A DNA stretch of 64,000 nucleotides from a bacterium (GTDB lineage: Bacteria > Patescibacteriota > Microgenomatia > Curtissbacterales > GWA2-41-24). Below, piece by piece: positions 59,007 to 64,000 of this stretch. Both the position numbers and the translations under genes were made by a program. The notes below the pieces were generated by a model that was given only the letters and a program-made list of their open reading frames with translations, was not told where the DNA came from and ran no database searches. The stretch is from contig JAKALT010000001.1 of NCBI GenBank assembly GCA_021813125.1, positions 23 through 64,022 on the forward strand. Reading direction: 5' to 3'. How positions within the stretch are numbered: the first letter of the stretch is position 1; the number at the start of each line of letters is the position of its first letter.

Positions 59007-60553
59007 TGCTTGCCAAAATAATTTCTGCAGCTGTTGTTGGCCTCGATGCTGTTCCTATTACCGTCGAGGTAGACATAGCGGCCCAAGGTTTACCGTCATT
59101 TACGATTGTGGGTTTGCCTGATAAAGCGGTAGAAGAATCAAAAGAACGTGTCCGCGCCGCCATTAAGAATTCCGGTGCGGATTTTCCGGCAAAAAGAATC
59201 ACAGTCAACCTAGCACCTGCCGATCTTCCCAAAGAAGGGCCGGCATACGACCTTCCAATTGCTCTGGGAATACTAATTGCCTCCGAACAGTTAAAAGAAG
59301 ACCCGCAAATTAAAAACAGTATTTTTCTGGGTGAGCTTTCTCTCGACGGATCCTTGCGCCGGATTTGGGGAGTCCTGCCTTCGGCAATTATGGCTCGGGA
59401 CCGGGAATTTCAGGACATATTTATCCCCGAAGATAATTTGGAAGAAGCCGCAATCATCAACAAAATCAGAGTTTATCCTGTAAAGAGTTTACGCCAGATC
59501 TTTGAACATTTATCAACATTAACCTTGTCAAAAGATCAGCAAAAAGCAATAAGTTTTGCAAAAACCCTAAAACAGAATTTTAAATCGAGGCAAATAGAAG
59601 AATACGATTTTGAAAATGTCAAAGGGCAGGAAAGCGCCAAACGCGCTTTAGAAATTGCGGCAGCTGGCGCTCACAACATACTAATGAAAGGGCCACCCGG
59701 AGCTGGCAAGACCCTGATGGCAAGAAGCTTTTCTACAATCCTGCCAAAACTTACTTTCGAAGAAAGTTTGGAAGTCACAAAAATATACTCTGTTGCAAAT
59801 CTTCTAAGCCGCGAAAACCCGATAATTACAGACAGACCCTTTCGAAGTCCTCATCACACCACAAGCCACATTGGCTTAATTGGTGGGGGAAACGTACCTC
59901 ATCCTGGCGAAATTTCTCTGGCGCACAGGGGAGTTCTATTTTTAGACGAATTTCCGGAATTCCCAAGGCAGGTTTTAGAAGCACTCCGCCAGCCAATGGA
60001 GGATGGCCACGTCACAATTTCCCGGGCTGCCGGCCGTGTGCTTTTCCCGTCGCGCTTTACTCTGGTTGCCGCTGCAAATCCATGCCCTTGTGGATTTTTA
60101 GGCGACGAGGTTAGATCATGCGTTTGCTCACCGTCAGCCATTACCCGTTACCAAAAGCGCATCTCCGGTCCAATTCTAGATAGGATTGACCTCCATATCA
60201 CAGTTCCGGCAGTCAAAGTCGAAAAGTTGACTCAAGACCAAAGATCCGAAACATCAAAATCTGTCCAATCACGGGTTCAAAAAGCCCGCGATATCCAGCA
60301 AAAAAGGTTCAAAGGTACAAAAATTAAGGCCAACTGTGAAATGTCTTCCAAAATGATGAAGCAGTTTGCAGCATTAGACAACGAATCAGTCCTACTTCTC
60401 AAGCAGGCAATCTCAAAACTCAATTTGTCTGCTCGTTCATTTCATAAAGTTGTTAAAATCGCCAGAACGATAGCAGATTTAGAAGCATCTTCAAAGATAA
60501 AATTAAACCATGTTGCCGAAGCACTCCAATATCGACCTCAGGTAGAAACTTAA
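59006..60553 (+). CDS. comM: YifB/ComM family Mg-chelatase-like AAA+ ATPase
   Basis: 515 aa. N-terminal Lon-like domain (GLPDKAVEESKERV). AAA+ Walker A GPPGAGKT. C-terminal Mg_chelatase_C. Confidence 0.88.
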   Translation: MLAKIISAAVVGLDAVPITVEVDIAAQGLPSFTIVGLPDKAVEESKERVRAAIKNSGADFPAKRITVNLAPADLPKEGPAYDLPIALGILIASEQLKEDPQIKNSIFLGELSLDGSLRRIWGVLPSAIMARDREFQDIFIPEDNLEEAAIINKIRVYPVKSLRQIFEHLSTLTLSKDQQKAISFAKTLKQNFKSRQIEEYDFENVKGQESAKRALEIAAAGAHNILMKGPPGAGKTLMARSFSTILPKLTFEESLEVTKIYSVANLLSRENPIITDRPFRSPHHTTSHIGLIGGGNVPHPGEISLAHRGVLFLDEFPEFPRQVLEALRQPMEDGHVTISRAAGRVLFPSRFTLVAAANPCPCGFLGDEVRSCVCSPSAITRYQKRISGPILDRIDLHITVPAVKVEKLTQDQRSETSKSVQSRVQKARDIQQKRFKGTKIKANCEMSSKMMKQFAALDNESVLLLKQAISKLNLSARSFHKVVKIARTIADLEASSKIKLNHVAEALQYRPQVET

Positions 60554-60579
60554 ACTGTATTCAGTTAAAATGGCTTCAA

Positions 60580-61194
60580 ATGGCAAGAGTAACTATTCTC
60601 TTAGAAGGTTATGTCAAGAACGATGGTGAAAATGTGCAGTCTACTATTTCCTTGGTTCAAGACGGCGAAACTAATATTGTTATAGATCCCGGAATGGCCA
60701 AAGATTTTAATGACGTTATCAGATCACTCAGCAAAGTCGATATAAAACCAGAAGATATTGGTTACGTTTTTCTTACACATCACCACCCTGACCACACAAT
60801 AAATACTGCCAAGTTTCCAAAAGCCAAAGTTATTGACTATAACTCTATTTATGAAGGGGATATATGGCTAGATACTGGCGGTGAGTATCAATTAACTCCT
60901 AATGTTCGCATTGTTCCGACACCCGGACACACAAAAGAAGATGCCACACTGTTTGTTACAAACGTTACAAATGTTGAAAATAATAAAGATGTTACTGTGG
61001 CCATATGCCATCTTTGGTGGTTTGAAGGCAAACAGCATGACCCACTCGCTGAAGACTATAAAGAATTACTGTCCTCAAGAATTAAAATATTAAAAGTGGC
61101 AAATTACATCGTACCAGGCCACGGAGCCATATTTAAGAATAACAAAATCCAATCATATTACCGAAGCCCTACAGTACAGACCGTTAACCAATGA
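60580..61194 (+). CDS. MBL-fold metallo-hydrolase
   Basis: HHHPDH motif (THHHPDHT) and downstream His/Asp ligands. 204 aa. Confidence 0.75.
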   Translation: MARVTILLEGYVKNDGENVQSTISLVQDGETNIVIDPGMAKDFNDVIRSLSKVDIKPEDIGYVFLTHHHPDHTINTAKFPKAKVIDYNSIYEGDIWLDTGGEYQLTPNVRIVPTPGHTKEDATLFVTNVTNVENNKDVTVAICHLWWFEGKQHDPLAEDYKELLSSRIKILKVANYIVPGHGAIFKNNKIQSYYRSPTVQTVNQ

Positions 61195-61331
61195 TTAGTT
61201 CACCCTGCTTGCCCTGAGTCTCGAAGGGAGCGAATGCGGTAAGTCGAAAGGCCAACACTGCAATATCAGCCCCAAACAGACCCTTAACTCAAACTAAATC
61301 AAAAACACACACTTTTTGTTACAATGGCAAT

Positions 61332-61958
61332 GTGAAGAGGATAATTTTATTGGCACTGGCAACCTTAGTTGTAACCCTGCTTTTGGTTGTCATAACTGCC
61401 GAAATCATAAGCTTTAAAGTTGTCAAAAAAACTTCAGACCAGATAAATGCCGACCTCAACAAAAAATTTCAGCAGGTAGTAAGGATTCCGGAGGTAGTAC
61501 CACCTTCTTTTAGAGGATATTATCAAACAATCTATAGTTGGGAAATGGAAACACCTCAAAAGGAGGTCATAAAAGTCATTTTTACTCATGACACAGGCTT
61601 TTCTAAATCCCAAAACACAATTACCGCTACTTTATCAATGGAACCCAATGGTGATGCCAGCCTCTTTAACAAAGTCCTCCCTGCTGTTGTAGCAGACACA
61701 CAGGCTCTTTCCTCGGCACAGGATTTTGTACACGCGAACTTTTCTGCAAACAACCAGATCGGGTATAAAAAATTATCTCTAGAACCTTTACCTGGGGACA
61801 ATACAAAAGTAACACGAATTACATGGGAGTTCGAAAAATCCGAACTGACAAAAGGGGACGAGGCTTTGTATAGCAAACTCTACAAAATTCCCGAACCTGT
61901 TTTTAAACTTCTCTATAGCCTTCAGGAAGTCACCATCAAAGCATTTTCCGGAAATTGA
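61332..61958 (+). CDS. Hypothetical membrane-anchored protein (GTG start, N-terminal TM)
   Basis: ORF of 208 aa with N-terminal hydrophobic helix. Confidence 0.45.
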   Translation: MKRIILLALATLVVTLLLVVITAEIISFKVVKKTSDQINADLNKKFQQVVRIPEVVPPSFRGYYQTIYSWEMETPQKEVIKVIFTHDTGFSKSQNTITATLSMEPNGDASLFNKVLPAVVADTQALSSAQDFVHANFSANNQIGYKKLSLEPLPGDNTKVTRITWEFEKSELTKGDEALYSKLYKIPEPVFKLLYSLQEVTIKAFSGN

Positions 61959-61965
61959 AAAATAG

Positions 61966-62005
61966 AAAAAACCCCACAACCAAATCGGTAATTTGGGGTT
62001 TTTTC
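61966..62005. terminator. Bidirectional terminator-like hairpin between convergent genes
   Basis: aaaaaccccacaaccaaatcggtaatttggggtttttt: stem flanked by A-run and T-run. Confidence 0.5.
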
Positions 62006-62024
62006 AAATGAAACTCTATGCTTG

Positions 62025-62165
62025 ACTAGCCACCAATCTTAAACATTGATGTGCCGCAAACCGGGCATTTACCCTTAAGAGCAGGTTTACCATTTTTCAT
62101 GGTCACTTTTTGAGCGTTTGGGTCATCTCTCTTTTCTCGACACTTAACACAATACATTGTAGCCA
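62025..62165 (-). CDS. Small zinc-ribbon protein (about 46 aa, CxxC...CxxC). Not in ORF track.
   Basis: Minus-strand translation MATMYCVKCREKRDDPNAQKVTMKNGKPALKGKCPVCGTSMFKIGG*. Strong RBS AAAGGAGGTGAAATAAAAAT before the ATG. Confidence 0.6.
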
Positions 62166-62328
62166 TATTTTTATTTCACCTCCTTTAAGCAGATAGATTC
62201 AAGAAGCTTTTTGGCAACTTGTCAGTTGAGGCTATTTAGCTTCAACTAGCTTCAACCATAGCACAAGCTAAAATTCAAAGTCAAGCGTGCCTAAATTTTG
62301 CTGCTTTGTGCCTAAAAATTATATTCAA

Positions 62329-62595
62329 CTAAAAAAATTTGAAGTTCGCCAGTTTCAAGGCTAACTGAAGCCCTATAATGATTGCTGCAAGGATAGTAAT
62401 TTTTACAAGCTCTAGCCGAACGTAATCGTAGCTTTCTTCGAAGCTGAAGGCGTTGGATTTACGATTTTTGCTCTTTTCCTCCAAGCGTACTTTTTCCGAA
62501 GGTGCTTCCCTGCGATAGCTCACAAGACCACCTTCAATAAAATTTACCCGCCGGCTGGCAGCAGATTGTTTGTGTCTTTTTGTTTTAAATGGCAT
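62329..62595 (-). CDS. Hypothetical protein (88 aa) with basic N-terminus and C-terminal hydrophobic helix
   Basis: ORF only. Confidence 0.35.
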   Translation of the reverse strand: MPFKTKRHKQSAASRRVNFIEGGLVSYRREAPSEKVRLEEKSKNRKSNAFSFEESYDYVRLELVKITILAAIIIGLQLALKLANFKFF

Positions 62596-62642
62596 GATAA
62601 TTTACCTTCCTTAATATAATAACACCCCAATAAAAGCAACCG

Positions 62643-62672
62643 TTGACATTTATAAAGTTCGCATGGTAAAAG
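62643..62672 (+). promoter_or_regulatory. Candidate promoter (-35 TTGACA, about 18 nt, TGgTAAAAG)
   Basis: Seen directly upstream of the 62703 ORF. Confidence 0.3.
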
Positions 62673-62702
62673 AGTGGAGTACTAAATTTATCCAAAGATG
62701 TT

Positions 62703-63170
62703 ATGGACCAATTGACAGTTTTAGAATACCTCATCTTTGGAATAATAATTTGGCTCGCACTTTTAACTTTTTATACCCTAAGGGTAATTGGCCACTACCG
62801 GAAATTAACCCGAGGCGCAGGAAACATTGATTTGGGAAAAGTTTTGGAAAATCTTTTCGAAAAACAGGATTTTCAGGCAAGAAAAATCACAGAAATTGCC
62901 TCGGTAGTTTCAAAAAACCAGGCTCAAGCACAAGGACATATTCAAAAATATGCACTAATGCGCTTTAATCCATTTGAAGATGCTGGCGGTGACCAAAGTT
63001 TTGTAATAGCCCTTTTAGACGCCAAGGATAATGGAGTTGTAATTTCCTCGCTCCATTCCAGAAACGGGACAAGAGTCTACGCCAAAAGTGTAACTGGCGC
63101 AAAAGCAGCCAGTCATCAGTTTACAAAAGAGGAAAAAGAAGCAGTCGACAAGGCTGTAGGTAAAAAATAA
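62703..63170 (+). CDS. DUF4446-like protein (N-terminal TM. Conserved ...RFNPFEDAGGDQSFVIALLD...GVVISSLHSRNGTRVYAK...)
   Basis: Motif pattern recalled for DUF4446 proteins. 155 aa. Confidence 0.55.
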   Translation: MDQLTVLEYLIFGIIIWLALLTFYTLRVIGHYRKLTRGAGNIDLGKVLENLFEKQDFQARKITEIASVVSKNQAQAQGHIQKYALMRFNPFEDAGGDQSFVIALLDAKDNGVVISSLHSRNGTRVYAKSVTGAKAASHQFTKEEKEAVDKAVGKK

Positions 63171-63172
63171 AG

Positions 63173-64000
63173 ATGTTAAATATTATTTCAAGTAAGAAAA
63201 TTCAGATTTTACTTGGCGCAATTATCCTTTATGCAGCCTCAGCCGGTGTTTCATACCTGGCTTTTAATAAATTTCTCAAAAACCCAATAAATATTCAAAC
63301 TCCGTTTGGAAATCTCACAGATGTTACCTCCGGCGCGGAAGAAGGCACAAAAGACAAACCATGTCCGCTAAACGGTGTAATGTACACCAAGTCTAGAGAA
63401 GACCAATGGCAAAAAAGAAGGCCGCTTGGGGTAATGGTCGAAAATCATGTTGACGCCAGGCCGCAACTTGGTCTTTCCCGTGCCGATGTAATCTACGAAG
63501 CAGTAGCCGAAGGGGGAATCACCCGCTATCTTGTTCTTTATCTTTGCCAGGATGCTGGAGATATTGCCCCCGTTAGATCTGCAAGAACCTACTTTATAGA
63601 CTGGCTTTCCGAATACAGTGCTGCTTATGCCCACGTTGGCGGAGCCAACACTCCAGGACCAGCCGATGCCCTTGGTCAAATCCGCGACTACAAAATAGAC
63701 GATTTGGACCAGTTCGGTTTAGGCTTCCCGACGTATTGGAGAGGAACAGATAAACTTGCTCCTCACAACGTTCATACAACTACCCAAAAACTTTGGGCGG
63801 CAGCCGAAGAAAGGAGCTTTGGGCCAAAAGATGACAAGGGAGCACGCTGGGATGCTAATTTCACAGTCTGGAAATTTAAAGACGACGCTGCCTTAGAAAA
63901 GCGCGGTGACCAAAAACCAATTGTTGTGCCGTTTTGGGCGGACCAGTCCGACTATACTGTTACATGGAACTACGACAAAAACACAAATCTTTATAACCGC
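63173..64000 (+). CDS. DUF3048-like secreted/lipoprotein (YerB family), 3' partial. Runs off the window so it is absent from the ORF track.
   Basis: Translated by eye: MLNIISSKKIQILLGAIILYAASAGVSYLA...VENHVDARPQLGLSRADVIYEAVAEGGITRYLVLY... Open frame to the window end. Confidence 0.6.
   Translation, partial: MLNIISSKKIQILLGAIILYAASAGVSYLAFNKFLKNPINIQTPFGNLTDVTSGAEEGTKDKPCPLNGVMYTKSREDQWQKRRPLGVMVENHVDARPQLGLSRADVIYEAVAEGGITRYLVLYLCQDAGDIAPVRSARTYFIDWLSEYSAAYAHVGGANTPGPADALGQIRDYKIDDLDQFGLGFPTYWRGTDKLAPHNVHTTTQKLWAAAEERSFGPKDDKGARWDANFTVWKFKDDAALEKRGDQKPIVVPFWADQSDYTVTWNYDKNTNLYNR

Overview
This 64 kb window reads as a conserved core-genome stretch from an AT-rich, small-genome bacterium. Several features point to Patescibacteria/CPR, though no search could confirm that: ribosomal proteins with long K-rich or acidic tails, no L30 gene between rpsE and rplO, TM-less RNase Y, a short-LID adenylate kinase, and several PMT-like GT-C membrane glycosyltransferases.

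Gene order, left to right:
- rpoC 3' end.
- str operon (rpsL-rpsG-fusA-tuf), unusually interrupted by four extra genes. These include a dinJ/yafQ-type toxin-antitoxin pair lying inside a ~1 kb segment bracketed by a 90-bp direct repeat of the fusA 3' end.
- S10-spc-alpha ribosomal superoperon, rpsJ through rpsI, with secY-adk-map-infA-rpmJ embedded. An unexplained 122-aa ORF is wedged between rplB and rpsS.
- Minus-strand tRNA-Pro(GGG), then recA-recX-rny, hup, and a MiaB-like radical SAM enzyme.
- Three tandem minus-strand polytopic membrane proteins; two are clearly PMT/ArnT-type GT-C glycosyltransferases.
- miaA, an AI-2E transporter, and a previously unmarked minus-strand RNase P RNA (rnpB).
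- A long purine-nucleotide cluster: purN-purD-purSL-purQ-(M24-like unknown)-purM ... purP-purA-purP-purB-purE-purC-guaA-rdgB-HAD. It carries two archaeal-type PurP paralogs flanking purA, and no purF, purH, purO or purK is visible in the window. A frameshifted rarA interrupts it.
- GtrA paired with a polytopic membrane protein, a membrane-anchored SNase-like nuclease, comM/yifB, an MBL hydrolase, and small DUF proteins.

No CRISPR array and no transposase or integrase were seen. The most interesting signals are the insertions into otherwise highly conserved ribosomal operons and the hybrid bacterial/archaeal purine pathway with an embedded unknown enzyme.
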